53,092 nt of DNA from Promethearchaeota archaeon. GTDB lineage: Archaea; Asgardarchaeota; Lokiarchaeia; Sigyniarchaeales; SOKP01. The notes under the pieces were generated by a model. That model did not search any database and was not told the origin of the DNA. It worked only from the letters and a program-made list of their open reading frames with translations. The stretch spans positions 1 to 53,092 of the forward strand of contig JAEOTP010000004.1 of the NCBI GenBank assembly GCA_016839765.1. The letters are read 5' to 3'. Shown one piece after another: positions 1-8,117 of this stretch. Position numbers and translations under genes: made by a program. Every line of letters begins with the position of its first letter. Position 1 is the first letter of the stretch.

Positions 1-811
1 TACATGCATGTCGACAAATGCCACATCCAAAACATTTATCATAATTTATAATAACTCTATTCATTGAAGGAATAAAACGTATAGCATTTAATTGGCACAT
101 AGCAACACAAGATTTGCAACCTTGACACTTATCTTGGTCTAATTGGATGATATATTCTGCTTTGTACATCGCCATTAAATCGAATTTAGTTCTCAAAGTA
201 AATGCTCCACATTCAGGACTTTCACACGAGCAAATAGCATTAATATAAGGAACTGGCTGAAACCACACAGTAGAAATATAACCTTTCTTATTGAATTCCT
301 CTAATTTTTCCATAGCTGTTTCACGATCTATCCTAACAGTTCTTTCCTTAGGAATAAATCTTGGAAGTTTTTCAATAACTTCTGACAAAACACCGAAATT
401 AATACAAACTGCTTCTTTTTCTTTTCTCTGCATCCAACGGCACATACAATAATTGCAAATTATTGGTTCAGCAGCTAATTCAGACATAATTATTTTAGCG
501 TCTTCTAAGGGTATAACCTGACCAAAATGTCCATCTGCATTTATCGGATTTCTATTTTTCTTTTCACTATGAATCATATTTTCAGCTCGCCAACGCAGAA
601 TTCTCCCAATAATTGGCATTTTTAATTTGTATCCTAAATTCTTAGAAGAAAATCCCATAATCCTCCTAATGAATACTTGTTCAAAATTCATCCACTGTTC
701 GGTCAAATACTCTTTCATATTTTCTTTTTCAGCGAGTTCATTAGAATAATTATATGCATTCATATACCATTTTTTGCCAGCACCATGTTTCATACACCAT
801 TGACACATCAT
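1..811 (-). CDS. Fe-S protein with C-terminal 2x[4Fe-4S] ferredoxin domain (3' end runs off the window; not in the ORF track)
   Basis: Manual translation gives an open frame from ATG at 811/808 (MMCQWCMKHGAGKKWY...) through CMCR, AICSCESPEC, CQGCKSCVAMCQ and CFGCGICRHAC at the window edge, with no in-frame stop. Confidence 0.85.
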   Translation of the reverse strand, partial: MMCQWCMKHGAGKKWYMNAYNYSNELAEKENMKEYLTEQWMNFEQVFIRRIMGFSSKNLGYKLKMPIIGRILRWRAENMIHSEKKNRNPINADGHFGQVIPLEDAKIIMSELAAEPIICNYCMCRWMQRKEKEAVCINFGVLSEVIEKLPRFIPKERTVRIDRETAMEKLEEFNKKGYISTVWFQPVPYINAICSCESPECGAFTLRTKFDLMAMYKAEYIIQLDQDKCQGCKSCVAMCQLNAIRFIPSMNRVIINYDKCFGCGICRHAC

Positions 812-1060
812 CAATCCCTTTTTCCTAATACATTTTATAACTAATTCTTTTTGAAGAGAAATTAAACTATTTATTTAAATTTTTTAATATCGATTAATTA
901 TTGTAGGGCTTTATAGAAACATATCTTGAAAAAAATTAGAAATATTAAAAATCTGTCAGAAAAAAGAATATTGAAAAAATGGTCTATTAAAGTTTTAAAA
1001 GTGATCAATGAACTTTGTATTATTGATTATTAACGTAAAATATTTTTTGGAATATAAATT

Positions 1061-1618
1061 ATGTATTGCCCCAATTGTGGTGAATATTTAAGGGAACCAA
1101 ATCAAAGGTTTTGTCATAACTGCGGAAGTAAACTTTTAGACAATTCTGAAGAATTTCAAATGGCAAGTGAAAGAGATCAGTATGTCAAGACATCATTAAA
1201 AGTGTCAGAGCAAGTCTATACTGATGTTCCAGTTATTCAACAAAAACCAGTTGTGAAAGGAGGAGTGGGTACACATTCAAAAAAGTGTCTAGGTTACGCC
1301 ATCACTTCTATTGCTATTGCGGCAGTTGGTTTCTATCTTGCTTTTCTCATTTTTATGTTATCGAGAATTTGGATATATGCCCCAAATATTACTAGAAGGA
1401 TAATTTGGTGGACTATTATCGCGTCGGTCCATCTTGTGGGGTTATCTTTTGGAAGTTCATCTAGAACACATAGTAAGCATGCAAAAAACCTTGAACCCGT
1501 AAATAGTGTTGAGAAAGTTGGAAATGCACTGGGGATTGTAGGAGTTATCATCAATGTTATAGCAATGGGAATATTCTTTATATTACTCTTGATTAACATC
1601 ACTGGTTATTTACTTTAA
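1061..1618 (+). CDS. Zinc-ribbon (CPNC...CHNC) membrane protein with ~3 C-terminal TM helices
   Basis: N-terminal double CxxC, polar linker and three hydrophobic segments; paralog of the next gene. Confidence 0.8.
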   Translation: MYCPNCGEYLREPNQRFCHNCGSKLLDNSEEFQMASERDQYVKTSLKVSEQVYTDVPVIQQKPVVKGGVGTHSKKCLGYAITSIAIAAVGFYLAFLIFMLSRIWIYAPNITRRIIWWTIIASVHLVGLSFGSSSRTHSKHAKNLEPVNSVEKVGNALGIVGVIINVIAMGIFFILLLINITGYLL

Positions 1619-1724
1619 ATCTTGGAAGGGTATTAATTCGGATATAATTATCTGGGAAAAAAGATTTAATAGCAATAATTAAGCATTATTAAAATAAAAT
1701 AAATTATTATTTGGAAGATAAACC

Positions 1725-2291
1725 ATGTTTTGTCCGCATTGTGGTGAAAAATTAAAGGACTCAAATCAAAAGTTTTGTCAAAATTGTGGAAGTGAAATTT
1801 CAACAGCAGCTGAAGATTCACAAATAATTACTGAAACAGAATCAAATCCATCAATAATTAAACGTCCTTCAATACCAAAGATTATCGAAGTTCCAGTTAG
1901 CGAGAAACAAATACTTGCACCAGGAACACCAGGTAGATATTCAAAAGAATGCTTATTTCACGCAATAGTCTCTATTTCTATAGCCATACCTTTTATAATT
2001 TTAGGATTTATTATATTTAGATCTCCAGTACGCCTTTTTGGTTTTACTAATTATGAATTAGCAAGAAGGTTCTATGTGCTTATAGTACTCATAATAATTC
2101 ATGTTGTGGGATCATTTTTTGCAGGTAAATCTAGAAAATATGGAAAGCTGGCAAAAGAATCCGAACCAGCAAATACTGCAGAGAAAGTTGGAAGCAGTTT
2201 GAGAATTGTTGGTGAAATCATAAATGCTATTCTAATTGGAGTATACTTTACAATTTTAATGTTCATTGTCTTTTTATTGGTCTATGTCTAA
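1725..2291 (+). CDS. Zinc-ribbon (CPHC...CQNC) membrane protein, tandem paralog of 1061..1618
   Basis: Same architecture; shared motifs SKxCL, HxVG, AKxxEPxNxxEKVG. Confidence 0.8.
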   Translation: MFCPHCGEKLKDSNQKFCQNCGSEISTAAEDSQIITETESNPSIIKRPSIPKIIEVPVSEKQILAPGTPGRYSKECLFHAIVSISIAIPFIILGFIIFRSPVRLFGFTNYELARRFYVLIVLIIIHVVGSFFAGKSRKYGKLAKESEPANTAEKVGSSLRIVGEIINAILIGVYFTILMFIVFLLVYV

Positions 2292-2454
2292 ATTTGCTGT
2301 AATTTAGAGAATCTAATATTATAATAATACTACTCCCGCAGTAAGACATTTTCAAAAAAGAGAAAAATAAATTTCAGTTCAATTTCTCTAAAATTAGTTA
2401 AATAATTAATATAAACATATAATAAAAATAGAAGTAATAAAATTATGTAAAAAG

Positions 2455-2913
2455 TTACTTAAGAAAAGCTCTCTTACCCAAATAGATAAAAAGTTCTCCT
2501 AATTCAAAAAGAGTGAGCGGATAAACTAACTGTGCCATATCATTTCTTAAATCTTGTTTATTTTTACCAGCTGTAATCAACTTTTTAATATCCTCAACAT
2601 AATCATCCATGTTTAAAAACAGAATCTCAATCTTGTCTGTACCTGTAAGCTCCGCTATATCCTTATCAAGATGTTCCTCAACTTGATTTAATAATCCTAG
2701 TTTTAGTTTGGGATCTAAACTATATTTTGAGATTAAGCGATTTATTTCTTCAATAATGATATTTAAACTTAAGTTCCAGTCTTTATTTTCCTTATATCTA
2801 GGGATTAAAAGGTTACTTATTAACATTTCAAAAAGAGTTTTGGGAGCTTTCTCATCGAATTCAACTTCTAATCCGCTAGTTAATTTTAAATTTTGAACCA
2901 ACTTGAACCTCAA
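2455..2913 (-). CDS. Hypothetical helical protein
   Basis: 152-aa ORF with TTG start and protein-like composition; no motif recognised. Confidence 0.6.
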   Translation of the reverse strand: MRFKLVQNLKLTSGLEVEFDEKAPKTLFEMLISNLLIPRYKENKDWNLSLNIIIEEINRLISKYSLDPKLKLGLLNQVEEHLDKDIAELTGTDKIEILFLNMDDYVEDIKKLITAGKNKQDLRNDMAQLVYPLTLFELGELFIYLGKRAFLK

Positions 2914-3169
2914 CTCAAAAATTTAATTTTTATATTCTTATTAAATAATAGACTATTTTTTTTTTAATGTTTTGGTAACATAACATTCTTATTTCAACTT
3001 TTATGACTCAAAATCTCGATTAGGAATCGATTCCTATTGGATTTGTTTTTTTATCAAAATGAACGATTTTGTCCAAGTTGAACTAGAGGAATCTTAAATT
3101 TATGTAGTTCTATAAGAAAATATTTTTTAGTTTATCCAGATGCCTTTTTAAATTAAATATTTAATAAGG

Positions 3170-3322
3170 AAGGAGGAGAATCGGAATCAACGATATTTTC
3201 AAACATGTTAAAAAGAGGAGACGTATTTATCTAATAACAGGGTTAAGGGTTGAGGTATTTGAGCCTTTCGGCTTTAGGTATAAGAATATATTTTGATATC
3301 ATTGTGATCCGATTCTTAGTTG
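3170..3322 (-). ncRNA. Candidate structured non-coding RNA (~150 nt), unknown family
   Basis: Ends pair with each other (3308-3316 with 3177-3185, 9 perfect bp extending to ~30 bp with bulges and G-U pairs); internal AGCC-GAAA-GGCU GNRA hairpin at 3262-3273; TATA-like box ~25 nt upstream; pyrimidine-rich tail. Confidence 0.45.
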
Positions 3323-3346
3323 ATAGATTAATTATGACCGAGCTAA

Positions 3347-3354
3347 TATTTAAA
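3347..3354 (-). promoter_or_regulatory. Putative archaeal TATA box (TTTAAATA) for the candidate ncRNA
   Basis: TTTAAATA on the minus strand, preceded by an A-rich BRE-like stretch, predicts a start site near 3321-3324, just before the 5' arm of the terminal stem. Such boxes are common in AT-rich DNA. Confidence 0.35.
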
Positions 3355-3487
3355 TGTTTATTTTTTCCTATGACAAAAAGGAAAATCTAGGAAAATTAAG
3401 TTAATTCAAATTGCAATTTGGTTTGCCATGTTTTGAACTTAATATTAAAATTTCCTACGTTTTTTAATGGAAAAATTTGTAATAGAT

Positions 3488-4306
3488 TTAAAATATTTTC
3501 TTTCGAATTTTTTTAATGAGTTTATAATCATAATTAATTTTGTTATTATTGCTTAATTCGATCAACGCATTTAATATCATAAATTTTTCATACTTTTTAT
3601 TAAAATTTTTAATAACTAATTTAAATAGTTTCTTACCTTTAAGAGTAAATTTAGAATGTTGGTTAATATAATTTAAAATTTCTTGTTTTAATAGAATTTT
3701 AATATTTTTATCATTAAATCTGGCTATTTTAAATCCTGAAAATTCTGTACACAATAACTTCCAATTTGGAATTTCCATAAAATTGGAGTTCCGGTAAAAA
3801 AAGTTCATATATTTAAATCTAAACATGCCTCTTTTTCTTTTATTTAATAATTTAGAAAAGTGAAGCGCAAAGGGGATTGATAATGATATATTTTTCTTAA
3901 AGTGAACTAAATTAATATAATAGACGCGTCCACCGTACAATTTATGCAAGAAACTTTCAGCAGGGCTAATTTTAATCTCTTTTTCATTCTTTGGTGATTT
4001 TGGTGAAACCACACAATTTCCTTGCCCATGGAGTATCCATAGTACGTAAATATCTTTGTCATTATAATCTTTTGTTCTGTTTTTTAACTCTTTCACGGAA
4101 ATTTTCGAATTCTGTACCTCTATAACTATCTCCTTACCATTATTTAATTTCAAGTATATATCAGCAAATCTATTACCAAAATATTTTTCGAGAGATTTTT
4201 CTATAATATTATCATTATTCTCGCACAAATTTTGACATAATAACACTTTTAGAGCTTTATGAATTCCAGATTCCGCTGGTGTACTAATTAAGGAGAGTTC
4301 TTTCAT
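3488..4306 (-). CDS. CoiA-like PD-(D/E)xK-type nuclease family protein
   Basis: ES..H...K at the N-terminus, then RFADIYL...IVIEVQNSKIS...RT..Y......VLWI, the typical CoiA nuclease-domain pattern. Confidence 0.7.
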   Translation of the reverse strand: MKELSLISTPAESGIHKALKVLLCQNLCENNDNIIEKSLEKYFGNRFADIYLKLNNGKEIVIEVQNSKISVKELKNRTKDYNDKDIYVLWILHGQGNCVVSPKSPKNEKEIKISPAESFLHKLYGGRVYYINLVHFKKNISLSIPFALHFSKLLNKRKRGMFRFKYMNFFYRNSNFMEIPNWKLLCTEFSGFKIARFNDKNIKILLKQEILNYINQHSKFTLKGKKLFKLVIKNFNKKYEKFMILNALIELSNNNKINYDYKLIKKIRKKIF

Positions 4307-4521
4307 TTTGTTTTCTTTTCAATCAGAAGCTTGATATGTGAATAAAAATAATAAGATAAAAAAAGAAGGAGTTTCATAATTTTCTATATTTTTAATGAGT
4401 TTAAGATTATATTACTGCAATTTAAGACACAAATGAAAATAATTATATGTTTCGCCATCATATATTCTTACTACCTTGAAATCCAAAAAAAAAGATTAAA
4501 ATAAATGAGGTAAATAGAGCT

Positions 4522-4827
4522 ATGTTAATTATGATTACAACATGGTGTCCCCCACATAAAGCAATAGACCTAGCAAAATTATATTTGAAACAACCTAGAG
4601 AGCTACCTTTTGTTACAAAATGGCGCGTTTTTAATACATTAGCAGGAAAAGATGGTATGAAGGCATATCATTTAATTTATACAGAAAAGGGAAAAGGTGA
4701 AGAAGCAGCAATGGAACTTAACAAATATTTTTTCCCTTTTGCTCAAATTGAAGGTTTTTGTATCCAATCTGAAGTATTAATGGGTGTTTCAGATAGCTAT
4801 AAGGCAGCTGGGTTGAAATGGGAGTAA
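4522..4827 (+). CDS. Small hypothetical protein (possible dimeric alpha-beta barrel, DUF3303-like)
   Basis: 101-aa ORF with GAGGT SD-like motif upstream; alternating beta/alpha pattern; family call is tentative. Confidence 0.6.
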   Translation: MLIMITTWCPPHKAIDLAKLYLKQPRELPFVTKWRVFNTLAGKDGMKAYHLIYTEKGKGEEAAMELNKYFFPFAQIEGFCIQSEVLMGVSDSYKAAGLKWE

Positions 4828-4969
4828 AGAAAATTAAAAATCCAATTTCTAAATAATTTTTTTTTTAAATATTTCTATCATATTTCTTTATTAAACACTA
4901 ATACACATCATAAATTCACCTATCTATATTGAATTATAAATAGAGAATTCCTTGAAGTATGTGAGAAAT

Positions 4970-5671
4970 ATGGTAGATAAACATTCTCAAAGTTTTTTCG
5001 GGCAATCAACGGGTTTAACATTATTAAGCTCTTCTAGAAGCGATCCTTATCTGTATTTCAAATGTATTCAGAAAAAACAAAATGGAAGTTGGGAAAAACC
5101 CTCTGCAGGAGAAGGGAAGACAATAAAATGTAATCTAGACGAAATTATAATGATATTACAGGTCTTAGAAAAAAATGAGAAAGTTTGGTCAAGTTTTCAT
5201 AGCTTTAAAGATTCAAAAACACAGATTTCATTTAAATGGGATGATAATAATGATAAAAAACTAATGGTAAAGATTGGAAAGTACTCTAAGGTGTTAAATT
5301 TTTCCCAAGTCGAACTATTAAGGCTATTATTGAAACATATGCTCAAAGAAAAAATAGAATATGCTACAACCTCAAATTTTATCGGAAATAAGAAGGTTTC
5401 AAAAGAGAATATAAAAAATTTTCAAGAAAATCAAATTATTGCCCAAAAATCTATAGAAAATAGTAAAGTTAATGAGGGAAAAACTAGCCAAATTGAAGGT
5501 TCGATTAAAGGTTCGACTGATAAAGCTCTTTTAATAAATTTTAATAATGATACAGAAATATGGATTCCAAGATCAACGATTAAATCAAATTATAACATAG
5601 AAGATGACTCAAATCAAATATTTCTAATTGATGAATGGATTCTAAAGAAGAATAACTTAATTCATAATTAA
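4970..5671 (+). CDS. Two-domain hypothetical protein; N-terminal PC4/Whirly-like ssDNA-binding repeat (tentative) plus small C-terminal beta domain
   Basis: ATG at 4970 (MVDKHSQSFFG) preferred over TTG 4952; two beta-strand-then-helix repeats; C-terminal TDKALLI...EIWIPRSTI domain after a low-complexity linker. Confidence 0.6.
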   Translation: MVDKHSQSFFGQSTGLTLLSSSRSDPYLYFKCIQKKQNGSWEKPSAGEGKTIKCNLDEIIMILQVLEKNEKVWSSFHSFKDSKTQISFKWDDNNDKKLMVKIGKYSKVLNFSQVELLRLLLKHMLKEKIEYATTSNFIGNKKVSKENIKNFQENQIIAQKSIENSKVNEGKTSQIEGSIKGSTDKALLINFNNDTEIWIPRSTIKSNYNIEDDSNQIFLIDEWILKKNNLIHN

Positions 5672-5685
5672 TTTAATTTTTTAAA

Positions 5686-6879
5686 TTACTTCCTCATAAG
5701 TTCTGGAAGATATTTTTCTTCACATAGCATTCTAAGTTCTTTATTATAATCAATCATTTTTTTAGCAATTTCGGGATGAGATAATAATTGCAATTCTGCT
5801 TTATCATTTCTATCCCATAATAAGTAAGGGGTTTCTTCATAAGGAACTAGTTCTTTTACTTCATCTATCCAGCTTTGTGGCAATTGATTTTTCAATTCAA
5901 CCCCTAACATTCTTGAGAGGAAAATTGTCCAAGCACGTGGTACAACCGTCATCAAATAGCCTCCTCCACCAACAGCGATCCATCTATTTTGACAATAGTC
6001 TCGTGCGGTAGTTCTCATTGTTTGAGCAACATCCCTATACACTGAAATTGATAAACCCATTTGGGTTAACGGATCATTAAAATGCATGTCAACACCCAAT
6101 TGTGTAAATAACACATCTGGAGCAAATGCTTCTAATAATCTTGGAATACAATATCTAAATAACTTTAAAAACATTTTGTTGCTTGTCCCTGGTAATAATG
6201 GGAAATTGATTGCATAACCCTTTCCTCTTCCTTCTCCTACTTCATTGGTATTACCTGTTCCTGGGAATAAAAATTTTCCGCTTTCGTGGAAAGAAATTGT
6301 TAATACATTGGGATCATCATAAAATAACCATTGAACGCCATCTCCATGATGGCAATCAATATCAAGATAAGCAATTTTAACATCTTTTTTAAGAGTTTTT
6401 AAATGTTGAATTGCAACCGCAATATCATTAAAAATACAAAATCCAGAGGCTTTATCTCTGAGCGCATGATGTAAACCTCCTGCAGGATTAAATGCTATTT
6501 GAATATCATTCTCTTTCCAAACTAGATTAGCAGCGGTTATACTAGCTCCACAAACTAGAGCTGATGCTCCATACATCCCTTTAAAAATGGGGTTATCTCC
6601 TGGTCCTAAACCGTAAATATATGGTTGAATTTCTCTATCTAATGGATTTTCGCTTAATTTTGATACAACATCTATATATTCAGTAGAATGAACTCTTTCT
6701 ATTTCTTCCTTAGCGGCCATTCTAGGCTCTATAGTTTCTAAAAGGTTATGATTGAGAAGATTCAACTTCTCCATCAAACTATATGTGAGCTTAAGTCGTA
6801 ATGGTCTGAGAGGATGACGAGGGCCGAAGTTATAGTTCTGGTATTTATCTGTATAAATTAATGCAACTTTTTCAACCAT
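5686..6879 (-). CDS. acuC: Class I-like histone deacetylase family / acetoin utilization protein AcuC
   Basis: HPLRPLR, GGLHHA, SGFCIFND, DIDCHHGDGVQ, SFHE, FPGTG, GVDMH..DPL, GGGGY motifs. Confidence 0.92.
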   Translation of the reverse strand: MVEKVALIYTDKYQNYNFGPRHPLRPLRLKLTYSLMEKLNLLNHNLLETIEPRMAAKEEIERVHSTEYIDVVSKLSENPLDREIQPYIYGLGPGDNPIFKGMYGASALVCGASITAANLVWKENDIQIAFNPAGGLHHALRDKASGFCIFNDIAVAIQHLKTLKKDVKIAYLDIDCHHGDGVQWLFYDDPNVLTISFHESGKFLFPGTGNTNEVGEGRGKGYAINFPLLPGTSNKMFLKLFRYCIPRLLEAFAPDVLFTQLGVDMHFNDPLTQMGLSISVYRDVAQTMRTTARDYCQNRWIAVGGGGYLMTVVPRAWTIFLSRMLGVELKNQLPQSWIDEVKELVPYEETPYLLWDRNDKAELQLLSHPEIAKKMIDYNKELRMLCEEKYLPELMRK

Positions 6880-7069
6880 GATAATTAATAAAATTTAGAA
6901 TGCTATTAATTCTTTCTAACTATTTTTTAATTAAAAATTGTAAAACTTAATTTTAAAATAAAAGAACTGCTATGGGCATAAATAGAAATAATTATATTAT
7001 ATAAATATCATATAAAGAAATATAGGTATTTTAGAATAGATAATCGTAAACAATTTTTTATTAAGCATA

Positions 7070-7624
7070 ATGAGTCAGCGATTTAGAAAGTTTGTAGCTA
7101 GGGTTGCAAAGGATAATGAATTCCAACCAATTAAAAATAGACTCCTAAATTACTTACAAAAAGAAAGCGAAAATAAATACAAAAATTATCCACGACTATT
7201 GGAAATAATGGAATCATACTGGCCAAAGTACAAGGAAGGATTTAAAATATCTCATCTTTTAAAAGATCATTATAAGGAAATCTTCAATTTTTATTTAAAT
7301 ACTATCTTTCCCTTCAGAAAAAGGGGAATTATGCTCGAAGATCCAGAAGCCCCAACTCCAGTTGATTTTAAACTAATGTATAAATATAGATATAACGACG
7401 GCGAGATTAAAGCCATCAAGGAGATAATGAGTGAGCAAAATATCGAGGGGAAAATTGAAGGAATTTTGAAAAGACTTTTAATTTTTGCTGTAAGCTCGTT
7501 TAGCCCTATGGTGGAGCAAATCTTTGGTAGACCTTTTGCTTTTCAATTTTCTAGTATTGATGCAAATCAATATAACAATGGAGAATGGGAAGTTATTGCT
7601 GTAATTTCAGCAAGAGAGCAATAG
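7070..7624 (+). CDS. Hypothetical protein
   Basis: 184-aa ORF; no motif recognised. Confidence 0.65.
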   Translation: MSQRFRKFVARVAKDNEFQPIKNRLLNYLQKESENKYKNYPRLLEIMESYWPKYKEGFKISHLLKDHYKEIFNFYLNTIFPFRKRGIMLEDPEAPTPVDFKLMYKYRYNDGEIKAIKEIMSEQNIEGKIEGILKRLLIFAVSSFSPMVEQIFGRPFAFQFSSIDANQYNNGEWEVIAVISAREQ

Positions 7625-7652
7625 TTAACTCATCTTTTACTTTAAATATTAT

Positions 7653-8084
7653 TTAGGATTTAGTCAAATATGAACCTAAATCCATCATTTCACCGTCTCC
7701 TTTCTTTACTTGTATTTTACCCTTAATTCCTTTAACTTTTCTCTCTATATATATTATCACGTCTAGAGGAATCTTTCTTGGAACAGATCCTCTCTGTCGA
7801 ATTATAGCAATTAGGTAATCGATATTTTGAATCACATCTGGACTAACTAATTCATTATATATATGTTGATATACTATAGGTTCCTTATTTCTTAAATTAT
7901 TTAAGTATGAATATGCATCAGGGGCTAAAACCGTACGTAAAATAAAATCTACTTTTTCTGAAATGGAAACTACTTTATCTTTAACAGCTTCTTCTCTCTT
8001 TTTCGCATCCATAAGAGCCTTCATTTTTTTTAACCTAATTTTTTCCAGCTCATGTTGTTCATCATTTTCATTATTTTCTTTCAT
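7653..8084 (-). CDS. Divergent PDCD5/TFAR19-like DNA-binding protein
   Basis: ELEKIRLKKMKAL...ILRTVLAPDAYSYLNNLRNKEP parallels the PDCD5 pattern ELExIRxxxxxEL...ILRQILTPEARERLxxIxLVKP. Confidence 0.65.
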   Translation of the reverse strand: MKENNENDEQHELEKIRLKKMKALMDAKKREEAVKDKVVSISEKVDFILRTVLAPDAYSYLNNLRNKEPIVYQHIYNELVSPDVIQNIDYLIAIIRQRGSVPRKIPLDVIIYIERKVKGIKGKIQVKKGDGEMMDLGSYLTKS

Positions 8085-8117
8085 ATATTACCACTCATGA
8101 TTCTAAAATTAATAAAA

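Noticed and set aside
1-811. Selenoprotein (in-frame TGA) explanation for the gene missing from the ORF track
   Set aside because: The frame has no TGA; it is missing only because it runs off the window.
3205-3234. Plus-strand mini-ORF MLKRGDVFI resembling a MazF/PemK N-terminus, with AGGAGG upstream
   Set aside because: Only 9 codons, the SD-like motif is ~30 nt away, and no continuation of a toxin sequence is evident.
3177-3316. MITE interpretation of the terminal inverted repeat
   Set aside because: No target-site duplication, second copy or transposase is visible. Bulges, G-U pairs and a GNRA loop fit an RNA structure better. Not fully excluded without a genome-wide search.
2914-3487. 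Replication origin (long AT-rich intergenic region with TTCC..TGGA-like words)
   Set aside because: No convincing ORB consensus with G-string and no orc1/cdc6 gene nearby.
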